A model generated the notes under the pieces. It had not been told where the DNA came from. It did not search any database and saw nothing but the letters and a program-made list of their open reading frames with translations. This document shows positions 48,133 through 60,386 of a stretch of 64,000 bases of DNA, one piece after another; position 1 is the first letter of the stretch, and each line of letters opens with the position of its first letter. This DNA comes from Azolla caroliniana (taxonomy: Eukaryota; Plantae; Polypodiophyta), in contig JBHGNT010000017.1 of assembly GCA_043228905.1 (NCBI GenBank), positions 16,306,001 to 16,370,000 on the forward strand, given 5' to 3'. The translations under genes and the position numbers were made by a program.

Positions 48133-51100
48133 TTGACAATTTCAGAGAAAACAAAGGAACCACAAATTGTGAATGAGAAGGATGGAAAGACTCTAGAGGA
48201 TGAAGGACAATGGTCAATAGTTTCTGGAAAGATGAAGAAGTCTAATAAAAATGTTAGGCATAATGTATCTATGGAGAAGGTCACACCGACAAATCCCATG
48301 TGGAATAAACCATGGGCTCGTCAAGAGGACTATCCAAAGAAATTATCTTTTGATAATTGTATGTTTTGTGGAATAAACGGAAATCGATGCCTCGTTCACA
48401 TGAGGAGCCATCGGGGTCTGGAGTTTTGCATTCCCATAGTAATTCATATGCAATATTAGGGGATTTATTTCACGATATGGCAGAAACATTAACAGTGAAG
48501 GAGAAGGAGATTTCTCGAATAAAAGGAAAAAATAAAGTATGAAGATCACCACATGGAATGTGAGGGGATTGTGTTCTAGATTTAGAATGCATGAGGTTTG
48601 GAGGATTGTGTTAAGTGAGCAATGAGATGTTTTATGTGTAATAAAGCATAAAGATCATCGTAATGCTGGTTTAATTAGTTATTCTAAGGGTTATACATTA
48701 TGTTATGCTGGCAAGGTTCATGGGGATTATTTTGGGATTGTCATGTTTATAAGAGCTAAATTTCACCCAAAAGTAATTGTTTCAGATGAATTTGGAAGAT
48801 TTATTGTCGTAGAGATATGTTATGAAGGGAAAGCTCTTTGGTCAGTTGGTGTTTCACAAGAACGAAAGTTGTTATGGAGATCTCTAAACTCAGTGCTTGA
48901 TAATGGTAGACTGGGTTTATTGATGGGAGATTTTAATTTTTGTTGTGAGACAGATCAATCAACATCTATCCACTCTATTATGGATGGATCAGAGGCTCAA
49001 GAATGGAGAGATTTTGAGACTAAAGTCATGTTAAGGGATGTATGGAAATGGATCAAGGGAGAGGAACCTGGTTATACCTTTCAATCGGCTCAATATAAGG
49101 ATACTTGGAGTAGGTTGGATCGAATGTATGTAATGCATACCGAAGGTTTTTTACCAGAGATTTTGGATATTTTAGTGTCTTATGGGTCAATTATATCAGA
49201 TAATTTCCCATTAATTTTTGAGTTCAATCACCACTCAATTAGAGGTTTTCATGAGTTTTTAGGAAAACCACCGTTGATTTTTAATTCATCATTTTTGGAT
49301 CATGAGATCTTCCATGCCTATATGTGTCAATTGATTGATGCATTTGCCTATCGTGTTCAATTTGATGGGTATGAAGCATGGGAAATATTTGTTTCAAATG
49401 TTCAGAGGTTGGCTAGATATTATGGAATTTACCATGCTTTTAAAAGGAGAAAGAAATTAAGTCTCCTAGTTAATTTGCTTGATAAATGCAACTCATTGTT
49501 AACTTATTGGCCAACGGATGTAGAGTTGATGGGATATCAAGAGGTATTAATTTATGCGATGCATGACCTAACGACAAAAAATTATCAACATGTTAGACTA
49601 CATCGTCTAAGACAAGAAGTGGATGATGCTAATTGTCAATCACATAAGTTTTTTCATGACCTTCACTAATTACATGCACGACATAATGTGGTAAGGTTAG
49701 AGGAAAATGATATCATGTGTTTCGATCCTCAAGAAATTGTGAAGAAAAGCATAGAATATTATACACAATTGTTGGATGTACAAACGTGTATCGATGATAA
49801 TGTTAAAAAGGATAGAGATGTATTTTTTAATGGAGTGAAAAAACATGTATTGCATGATGTGGCACAATCATTAGATGCTAATATTTCAGAGGATGAGGTG
49901 GAACATGTCATGTCACATCTTGCTAATGATAAGAGTCCTGGGTGGGATGGATTAACACATGAACTCTTTAAGAAATATGTGATTAAGTTAAAGAGGCCTT
50001 TTACGGTTTTATTTCAGAAGGTGTGGACATTAGGGAAAATGCCTCATTCTTGGAAGATTGGTTTTATCAAGCTTTTGCTGAAGGTGCCTTCTCCATCTTC
50101 CTTTGCTCAATGGAGGCCTATTTCATTGATGGGGGGAATGTACAAGATTTTTGCAAAAGTGATGGCCAATAGGTTGCATAAGGTTTTACCTTCTATTATT
50201 CATAATGCTCAATATGGGTTTTTAGCAAAAAGAGACATTTTACATAATATTTTAAATGTTCAAAGGAGTCTAAACAAGAATTAGTGTTGCTACAAATGGA
50301 TATCGAGAAAGCCTATGATAATGTGGATTGGTCATTTATAAATCATTTGATGTCTCATATGGGTTTTGGTGATCGTATGTCTAAGTTGATATACACATTA
50401 GGGGAGGGTTCGGTTTCACATGTGATGTTTAATGGAGGAGTAACACAACCAATTTCTATTTGGAGGTCAGTTAGACAAGGATGCCCGGTAAGTCCTTTAC
50501 TATTCACTATTGTGACACATCCTATTCTTGTTAAGTTACACAATATGGCTATGGAGGAAGAATTGCTTGGACTAAGGTTGCCATCAGGGAAGCCATGTAT
50601 TGTTCAAGCTCTCGCAGATGACCATATTATGTTTTTGGCACCTAATTGGGAAAATATTAGTAAGACAAGAGATGTGTGGGAATTGTTTTCAAATGCTTCA
50701 GGGTATAGAATTAATATACACAAATCTGTCCTCATTTCATGTACAGAACAAGATGTGTTAGGGTTGGGGTGGTTAGGAAGGATAGTACATCGTGGTATGA
50801 TTTGTCGTCACCTTGGATATCCAATTGGGGTGGAAGTTTCTCATGTCAAACTTATTGAGTGGGTATCCAAAAGGTTGGAGGATAAGTTTATGTATTGGAG
50901 GTCTCAGTTTTGGCCTTTTCATGTAGGACTTAAGGTGGTCCAATCGATTATGGTCTCTATGATATCTTATTATCTTCCTTTGATCCCATGGTCAAAGAAA
51001 GCTCTTGAAATGTTGTCACGTTGGATGCGAATGTTGTTATGGAAAGAAAAGGGAAAAGTGCCTTGTCATGGTTGGCATGGGATCATGTTTGTAGTCCGAA

Positions 51101-52435
51101 GCGTCTTGGTGGGGCATCAATATTGAATCTATATGAGCATATGGTGGCTCGTGGATTTACTTTCATTTGATTCATGTTTGAAGGTGTACAACCTTGGACA
51201 GAAATGGCGGCATAGTTTATAGAGAAGAATGGAATAAAGCGTGGAAACATGAAGGTTGAAGCGAATTGGTGGAATGTAATTAATTCTAACAGGGATGTCA
51301 AAATCCATTGTTGACATCTTGGCAAAGTATGTTGGATTTTGTGGAATGGCATCCCCCACAAGAAAGGGGACGTGCCAATTCATTACAAATGGAGGTTTTG
51401 GCAACATCAAGGTTGTTGTGGAGGGAAGGTAAACAAATTCTTAACCTTCAATTTAATCAGATGGCTAGATTGGGTTTGGTAATAGTTAAGGATGCTATGT
51501 TGGTTTCACAAAGAAGATTAATGGATTTTCGAACAATAAGATCAACATTTCGTATTCCAAAAGGTTATAACTTTATTTGGGATAAGTTGCAATAAATACT
51601 ATCTTCGCATGAGCCAATTCCTGATTTAGATTTAGCAATCTCAAGAACTTGATTGGAGGTTTGTTGGAAATAAGAGATTGACTATGATCTCAACGGATTT
51701 TTCTTATCACAAGTTGATTTACAAAAATAAGTGGTTGGAAGAAAGGGTTATAAAGATATGGGGTTTTCATAAGCCCATTACTTGGTGGTTTCATGTGATA
51801 AAGGCAGGTTGGTGTTCTCGATTGATGCTACGAGCCAAGGTATTTATTTGGAGATTTATGGTTGGAGTTTTACCATTAGGGGATGCATTAAAAAAAAGAA
51901 CATTACTAAAGGATTGTGTTTCTTTTGTTCGGTGGAATTGGAACATAGTAGGCATCGATTTATTTCATGCCCGATGGCAAGGATGGTTTGGAGGTGTATT
52001 AGTTTAGTATGGATGTCTCTAATAGGAGTAAGTCTATCTTCCTTTAGTTGGGTTTTTGCACATATGGAGAACAATGAACCAATGCCTCATTTTCAAATTA
52101 TTTTTGAGTTCTTGAGGTATTGGGGGCTATGGTTCAATTGAAATATGTGGAATGCCTTCATTTTTTTATTCGCAAGTTGGGGTGAGAAAATATGTTCTAA
52201 AGTTAAAAGGAATTTTTTTGTGGCAATTGACAGTGCTAGAGAAGTCACAAAATCTTAACCACGAAGAGAGAGAACTTTGCAAGGTCACATATCATCATAC
52301 TCGCCATTTGATTTGGAGTGAGGGTGGCATTGGGTTTGGTGTCGTAGTATTCTTTAGATCCCTAGATAGAAGGGTTCTATACTTTGTAGTAAGTTAGTCA
52401 TGGTGGTGTATTTTGTTTCATCATGAAAACCATTA
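48133..52435 (+). mobile_element. L1-like LINE, degenerate (ORF1 tail and ORF2)
   Basis: ORF2 starts at 48539 (MKITTWNVRGL); endonuclease GDFN, SRLDR, SDNFP; RT KSPGWDG, WRPISL, DIEKAYD, RQGCPVSPLLF, LADD; zf-RVT CFFCSVELEHSRHRFISC. Confidence 0.92.
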
Positions 52436-52437
52436 TT

Positions 52438-52440
<3 letters not shown>

Positions 52441-52483
<43 letters not shown>

Positions 52484-53350
52484 GCGTCTTCTAAGGCCAA
52501 AATTGGCCCATGAGACAAATGGTTTACAACAAAAAATGGGATATTTACCCATTCATCGAAAGTAAAAAATAAAAATAAAAATAGAGTTTTAAGCTAAATA
52601 GTTCTAGTAAAATAACAAACATGTTCTATATAAAAAACATGTTCTACAATGAAGATGATGTTATACTAGGCCTAATTTCATTTCCATCCAGGTCTCTCGA
52701 AGAGAAGCGGGAGGTCAAAGGGTTTCGATGTGGATGTGGCCTATGGTCCCAATGTAAAAGGTACCCCAACCATAGCTTCTCGTCGACGTAGCTCACATTC
52801 CCTTATCTTCTTAATCTTTTCTACTCCGTGTCGATTTGTTTTGAAGCCCAACATCCGAGGGTGTTTGGTTTTTCTTTCCATTTCGGCTTCCTCAAGAGAG
52901 AGGCCAAGCGGCGTAAGTGTATCCACATTCATCGTCTCCCCTTGTTCTTGAAAAATTTCACTAGTTACAAGTTGATGAATAGTAAAAGGGTTATGGTTAA
53001 CACTTTGTAATTTATTCTCCCTATGTTGTTTTAGCTCTAAGATATACCTACCTAGTCTCTTTACATCCGGGGTATCTAATAGTTTGGAGAGGGTGGAAGA
53101 GGGGGAGAGGGTCCTAATATGTCTTGGTATTCCACTCGTATCTCGGCATAAGTTGGGCACTTGCATGTGAAGTGATACTCATCCTCTATCTCTATGTGGC
53201 ACAACCTACATAGCCTTTCCTCTCTAGGGACTCTATTAGCCCGACCATTCTCAATCTCAAGTTGGTGAGATGATATCCCAAGTTGTCCAATGGCCACCCT
53301 TAGTGCATTTGATAAGAATGTATCTAGATATCTTGGTTGTGTAATAAAAC
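52441..53350 (-). mobile_element. 3' fragment of an RTEX-like non-LTR retrotransposon with (CT)n tail
   Basis: SSHQLEIENGR...PREERLCRLC...EDEYHFTCKCPTY; (GA)n at 52441-52480 on the + strand; homologous to 10370-10803. Confidence 0.72.
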
Positions 53351-55831
53351 CTAATTAAGAGAAGTGCAAGAAGTGTCCGCTCAACATGCATCTTTCTTCT
53401 TTGTAAGTACCCACTTACTAGATACAACGTTGAGATTCTTTGGTCGTGGCACCAAGGTCCATGTCCCATTTCACATGAGTGCATCCATCTCCGATCAATT
53501 TTGCAGGTAACATGCATTGGCAACTACTTCTTGTCAGAATTAGAGAGGCCATCATCCAAGAGGTTTTGATTCTTACGCTCAGTTATACCATTCTATTGTG
53601 GATTGTATGGTACAATATGCTCATGCCTTAATACATTTTCTTCACAAAACCTCGTTCATTCATCACTAAAGTACTCCCCTCCATTGTTGGTGCGAATAGT
53701 CAAGATATTAAGTTGATATTGATTTTCTACATATGCTTTGTAGCTTGCAAATGTATTGTATTCTCTTGATTTCTTCTTAAGAAAGTATAAGACCATGAAT
53801 CTTGTGAAGTCATCTATAAATGAAATAAAATACTTGTTACCATCTATTGATAGAGATTGCATCAGTCCACATATGTGTGAATGAATTAGTTGTAGTGATC
53901 TTTCCGTCCTTTTCTGTTTGCCTATTGGAAACTTTTGTTGACATTGCTTGTCGTAGAGGCATCCCTCGCATATAGATATATAGCTAAATGACTTTGTTGG
54001 AATTCCTTCGAATAGTTTATGAACTTGACTAGTCTTCATTGCCTTCGGGTTGAGATGCCCGAGTTGATGATGCCAAAGCATTGTAGAATCAACATGTGAA
54101 GTGCTTGACGCAAACAAGGCTTGTATATGAGTTTGGTCTACCATTTGTAAAGGGCAGAGTCTTCCAGATTTAGGGAAAGTTACTCGTAGCATTTCACAAG
54201 TAGGCAAATCATGAGAAATAACCGCAAAATTATTATTGAATTATATACATACTTGTTCCATCACTTGGATATTAAGTTTCTCATTACACTTGGAACATAA
54301 TAAACATATGGAATGCTTACCGTCTTTGATTTGTTTAGAGAAAGTTGTCCTTCCCCTTTACCAATGGTGACTTTTGTGCCATGATCACCGAATGTAACTT
54401 GGAGTGCTTGTGGAAGGGGGTAGTAGTTATATAGAAGATTTCTGTTATTCATCAAGTGATGTGTTGCTCCAATTTTGAAGAACCAATGTTGTCATTGCCT
54501 ATTTTTTTATTCAATTGACTTTTATTTGCATCATAGTTTGTAAAAGTTTGTATACAATTGTTGTCTTCATCTTCTTCACAATAGCTCACATTATCATTTT
54601 GCAATGATGCACTATGTATTGAGGATAAGACTTCTTCCCTTTCCTTTTAAGATCAAATTGCTTCTTTCTATAATCTTTTTCAAAAGGACCAGGCTTGTTT
54701 ATTACAATACGAACATGTGATTGTAGATATCGTCACGCCTCCCATTCCATTTGATTTGTTCTTATGTTGAAACTTCTAGCTGTTTGAAAACCGTTCAAAT
54801 TTCTGCTTCACAAAGTTGCCAGGATAATTTCTCATTGAGGTTCCCATGGCCATGTGGCTAGCCTTGTGTTGTGAACTCATTCTTTTGCTTCATAGTTCAT
54901 CATGCTTTAACTTTGCTACTAAATTTTTTAAATTTAAATTTTTGTCTTCATTGTGAATACTTATAAAATTCATCCATGATTCTGACCGTAGCGCTCCCAT
55001 TAAAATTTCACATTTGGACATTTCATCGATATTATTACCTGAAGAGATCCAACTATATCTAATTGTTTTTTCCACTTTATTATAAATGTGTCAATCTATT
55101 CGCTTGCTTCATCTATAAGTTCATCAATGATCTTAATGAAAAAAAATGTTGTCCCGTGAGATGGTTGATGAATCTTTCGCAAATACTCCCACATTTCGTA
55201 TGTTGTGTTTAAGTTTCGAATATAATCAACTTGCTTGTCATTCAAGTGCATTATTATCTCCATTCTAGCATCGAGGTCTCTGCTTTTCCACATGCTCCTC
55301 CTAGGTTCTTCTTCAAGCATTTTCATAGAACCATCTACTATTTCTTTTAGGTTATTACACTCCATTATCAACTCTATCCATCTTGCACATCCTGTAATTG
55401 TGAGTAGTTAGTTTCTCAACTACATATTTTCTTTCTATACTTGATGTATTTGCAGGATGGTGATTGTTTGATGTGGATGTGGACCGGTTTTCTGTTGAAC
55501 TCCATCTTGCTTAGATCGTTTGGATCAATCCACGAACAAAATGTTTTGTGTTTTGATTGATGTCTCTAATTTAGCTCTGATACCATGTAAGAAATCAAGC
55601 AATAACACAAGAGATAGGAAGAAAATAATAGAGAGAGAGAGATCAAGAAACTAATTGATGTATTTCTCACACCGTGACATGAATAGTGGTTACAATGTGC
55701 ATATATAAGAGAGAGGGTAGTTACAAAACGTTTTATAAAATAGGGGTATTTTAGGAATAATTATTTATTACTTTATTTATCATAATATGTTTTATTTTTC
55801 TCCTAATTATTCTTTATTTTATATTCTAACA
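53350..55831 (-). mobile_element. copia 5' half (LTR 55586-55831, Met PBS, gag, PR, integrase), decayed
   Basis: PBS gctctgatacca at 55574-55585 directly abutting the LTR; gag 55096-55371; LWHHQLGH...CEGC...FIDDFTR...RTNNGGEY at 53656-54207. Confidence 0.88.
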
Positions 55832-56582
55832 CCCAGTGTAGCCAACATAACACTATAACACCTATGTAGCATCGCCCAAAAGCGGTGATGGTAGGCAGTA
55901 GGATACAACCCCAAAAGCCATGGCAGGTTGCTTTATAGCACCACCATACAACCACCACGGCGGGCAGTTAGCGCCGCAACACAACAGCTATGCCAAGCGG
56001 TTGCACGTTGGCACAACAACCATGGCTTGGTAGGCGCCTCTGCAATGCCACCACAAAGCATGCTTGGGTGGCCAAAGCTTCGCGGACGCGGTAGTTTAGA
56101 GAGAGTGATGTCTCCATAAAAAAATGTTGGGTAATTGGGCTGCACCCTCATGGGACATTAGCATTGTGGTAAACACACTTGTGCGCCACGGTATCCATGG
56201 GTAAGGTCTTTCACGTATAGCAAGCGATTTTTTTCTCTATACATGAGTTGTTTTTTTATGGGGGTGTGTTTTTTTCTCAATATATATCTATCCTAAAATC
56301 ACACTATATGTATATTTATCGTCTTAACGCTATATATCATGTGCTTTTTCTTCTTATCAAATAGGCGATATATATAGATATAGATATAGATATAACTAGG
56401 TGTGCATTTTCCTAGTCGAATGTTATCGCTACATATATAGAACTTCCTAATGCACACTAATAATTTCTCAGTGGGATATAATCTTTATACATGTCTATTT
56501 GTATCTCAGACTAGTGCTTTATCTCGATGGGATATATATCCCTACCTAAACCCGCAACACCCACGATTTATACGCTCCTCAT

Positions 56583-57497
56583 TGTTACACACATTTTCAT
56601 GAATTGATACACACAATATTTGTTGTCCGTGGGACAGATTGGTAATTTGGGAATAAAATGAATCTAGATGTAGGTGAAGTAGGTAAAGGCAACTGTAATA
56701 GAGAAGGCGGCGAAGAAAATGCAGTTGTGAAAGATGGAGCTAAAAACGAGTAAAGATTGAAGCACGCCAAGCGGGAAAGAAAACTATAAAATGTGAAGCA
56801 CAAACGAAACAGAGGAGGAGGACAAAAGAGAGAAGAGAAGGCACCTATTTAGAATAGGAATACAGTAGTAAGACACGTACTGAATATCTGATTGTGCTTT
56901 CTATTTGTGACTCTGGCCGTGCGCCATGTATTTCTGTTCCGAATTACATAATATATATCTACTTTTGGGTCCAATCTGTTCTGGGTCTTGAGATCATTTT
57001 TGAATTATAACATTGTGAATTAAGATCCTGTTTTATGGTTAACATATGCCGACCGTTTCTCGGCACGAATCGGATTGTAGAGCAATCCCTCTATCACCTT
57101 GACCTCCATCACGTACCATAGTCCCCTGATCCGATTACCATAGGAGTAATCGAAGGTGTTGCTTCCAAATAGGAGACAACACAATTTTGCATGCCCGGTT
57201 CACGTTGTGCATCACAAAACGTTGGTGGAGACCCCTAGCCGCCATTATGGCGCCCAACCGTCTTCCCCGCTCTCGGCTCTTGTTCCGTTGCGCCGAGCCA
57301 GCCGAGGATACCACTGACTCCGCGATCACTCAACACTCATCACCAGAAACCCCAAAATCACACCCCTCACCAGTCATCCCCCACACAATCACATATCGGC
57401 CCCGAACTCGCCACTCGTCCGAGTCCGTCGGAAGTCTCTCAACAATCCGAGTTCAACCCCTTTCCGGCCCTACCGGAAGACCCAGATTTTGACACAA
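56583..57497 (+). mobile_element. possible LTR (56583-57012) plus leader and start of a Pro/Ser-rich ORF, cut by the chromovirus
   Basis: TGTTAC...ATAACA with TATAAAA at ~56784; ORF MAPNRLPRSR... from 57247. No diagnostic domain. Confidence 0.35.
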
Positions 57498-60133
57498 TGT
57501 CGTACCACTCCTATACCCGCTACATGGATGGCCCCGACGTAGGATATTATTTTCATTTAAGTTTTACTATAGAAAATTAATGTATATTCCAGATTTCTCG
57601 AGAACATTCTAGAAGCTTTAGGACTACTCCAAAGAGCATTATAAAAGGAGGCACAAGGCATTATTTCGAACCAAATTGGTTCAACGCTAGTCTTAAGCCT
57701 CATAGCTATTTTGTACTTACTCTTCATATAATATATCATCTTTTATCATCATCATCTCTCTCTCTCTCTCTCCCCTTTTCTCTCTTCCTCTCTTGGGAGT
57801 CTTACACAATACCGTCCTCTTAGTACTAATAGTACTTCCCTTCTCCAATACTAATTCTCTCTCTGTTTTAGTACTATTCCTGATAGTTTGAACCAATTTT
57901 TCTCCTCTAGTCTTCTTTTCGGTTTCCCTCATCCTCTTACGCCCCCTTTTTTTTTCTTCCAATACTATGGCTACTGTTAGCGCCCAAGAATATCAATCCG
58001 TTTTTTCCGAGGTACAATGTCTAAAAGAAAAATTCGTTGCATTGGAACAAGAAAAGCAACGATTGTTAGGGGATCTTCAACAAATCGCTCTAGAAAAACA
58101 ACAAACGTAGCAACAACATGGGGAATTGCAAAAACAACATGGGGAGTTAGTGTTACGTGTACAACAACTCGAAGCAACCATCGTAGCGTTGCAACAACAA
58201 GGATCAAGTACCCAAGGATTCCATAAAGAGCCCAAGATTGGACTTCCTATGAAATTCGATGGAACGCAATCGCAATTTAGGGGATTCTTTATCAGGTACA
58301 CTTAGTCCTTCAAATGCATCCTTCCCGATACCCCATGGATGCATCCCGAGTAGGCCTAATAGGCATGTTGCTTAGCGGCTCAGCCTTGGCATGGTTCGCT
58401 CTGCTTCTAGAAAAATAATTGCCCTTGCTTAATAACTTTGAAGACTTTATTAGTGAGTTTAAATCCTGCTTTGGAGATACCGACAACATCAGGACGACGA
58501 TCAACAAAATCCGACGATTGCGTCAAGGCGATTGTCCAGCCTACGCGGCGGATTTTCGTCTACTCGCCTTAGATATTCCCTGGGATGATCATATGCACTA
58601 ATGGAGCAGTTTCACTACGGTCTATGAAACGATGTCAAAGATTTACTTTTAACCTTCCCCGAAGAACCAAAGTCTCTTACAGAGGCAATCAGTCGACCGG
58701 TCCGATGCGACAACCGCCTTTTCGAACGACATTCAAAACGTCAATTACAAATACCACACCCTAGGCCAGAGCCCACATATGCCTCACTCGCAGCTAAACC
58801 GTTTGCATGAGATGTATCTTAGGCAAATACTCCAACACCGATGGAGATCGACACCATGTGTTGACGTGGCCCGTTATCGGAAGAAGAAAATCAACGACGA
58901 CATGCAAATCGATTATGTCTTTATTGCAGTGGACCAGGGCATATCGCCATCAACTGTCCCCATAAGCCAAGAAGATAGGTAAATCAAATCGTAGCCTGTA
59001 CTAAACCCGAATCAATTTCCTTAGGAGTGTCTGATAGTATTACTAGTACTGATAGCCTAGGAATCTCAAACAAATTTGAAATCCTTAGTCAATTAGAAGA
59101 AGAGTTAAACGACTGAGTCCAGCCAAAATAGGAGCCGTTTGGTTGGACAACCCTAGATCTATGCAACCCATTAGTAGTTCCATTCCCTCTAAGCAAGTTA
59201 GCAATGTGTTTTTAGCCCAAGTCATGGTTAGTACTAAAAGTACCCCTCCAGTACACGTCTTAGCACTTTTAGATTCCGGAGCCAATTCATGTTTCATGGA
59301 TCAGAATTTTGCCCAAGCTTCTCAGATATCCTTAAGAAAACTTCCTTGCCCCGCATCTGTAGTAGTCATTGATGGTCGTCCCATTGCTTCTGGGAATATT
59401 ATAGAAGAGTCAAAACCCATTCAGGTTGTCCTAGGTAGTTTTGTGTGTGTGGTATCATTTAATATAATTAGTAGTCCAGAGCATCCCATTGTCCTGGGAT
59501 TACCTTGGTTTGAATTACATAATCCAGACATAGATTGGAGAACAAGAGAAGTCCGGTATCGACAAGCCCAAGAATCTACTCATCGAGTTTCGACCATTTC
59601 ACTCCATCAATTATGTGAAGAAGGACACAAGGAGGCAATGTTTCTATTTGCAATATCAGTACATCCTTCCAACAATACTAAGAAGGAATCCTTAGTTCAA
59701 CTTTAGGAGAAATATCATCCTTATGCTGATGTATTTGACAAGGTAAAAGCCAGTACTCTTCCTCAACATCGTCCCTACGATTGTCCCTACGATTTACAAC
59801 CAGGAACACAACCACCATGGGGACCAATTTACAACTTGTCACCAACTAAGTTAGAAGTCCTTCGAGCCATCTCCGGCCGGTGCACCTAGTTTCTTTGTTA
59901 CGAAGAAAGATGGATGACTTCGTCTCGTCGTTGATTACCGCGGCTTGAATAAGGTCACCATTAGGAATAGGTATGCACTTCCCCTTATATCAAGTCTTTT
60001 AGAGTGAGTAAATGGTGCTAAGTTTTTTTACAAAAATCGACCTACGAGGAGCGTATAACCTCGTGTGGATCCGACTGGGAGATGAATGGAAGACCGCTTT
60101 TCGCACCCAATATGGGCACTTCGAGTATACCAT
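57498..60133 (+). mobile_element. second, older chromovirus copy (same family as 15182-20774): 5' LTR 57498-57885, gag 57967-59116, PR-RT, cut by insertion
   Basis: Colinear with 15182-17860; [24 protein letters not shown]; many stops. Confidence 0.93.
59104..59156 (+). promoter_or_regulatory. putative -1 ribosomal frameshift signal (G TTA AAC plus stem-loop/pseudoknot)
   Basis: Slippery heptamer in the gag frame, 6-nt spacer, 11-bp stem 59117-59127 / 59138-59148; pol is in the -1 frame. Confidence 0.7.
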
Positions 60134-60386
60134 TGTCGTGAAGAAAACCGGCCATAGGCGGAATTGGAGAAAAGGGTGCATGGACTGGCTCTTACACGGA
60201 TGGACGCGTGAATTGATATTTTGATATTTTGCACATGATTCATAAATGGATCGACTGATGTAAATACTAAGTAGTACACATTTATTAGGGGATTGTGCGT
60301 ATCTCTGTCAGAAGGGACAAGGAATAAGGCGATTTGACTAGGGATGGGAACTATTTAAGGAAAAGAGAGAGGGGAGAGAAGATATC

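Noticed and set aside
47073-55831. Copia 3' fragment (47073-48132) and 5' half (53350-55831) as one element split by LINEs
   Set aside because: Their LTR sequences do not resemble each other.
57248-57258. TGGCGCCCAAC as a tRNA-Lys PBS
   Set aside because: The match stops at 11 nt, is ~235 bp from the candidate LTR end, and coincides with a plausible ATG GCG CCC start.
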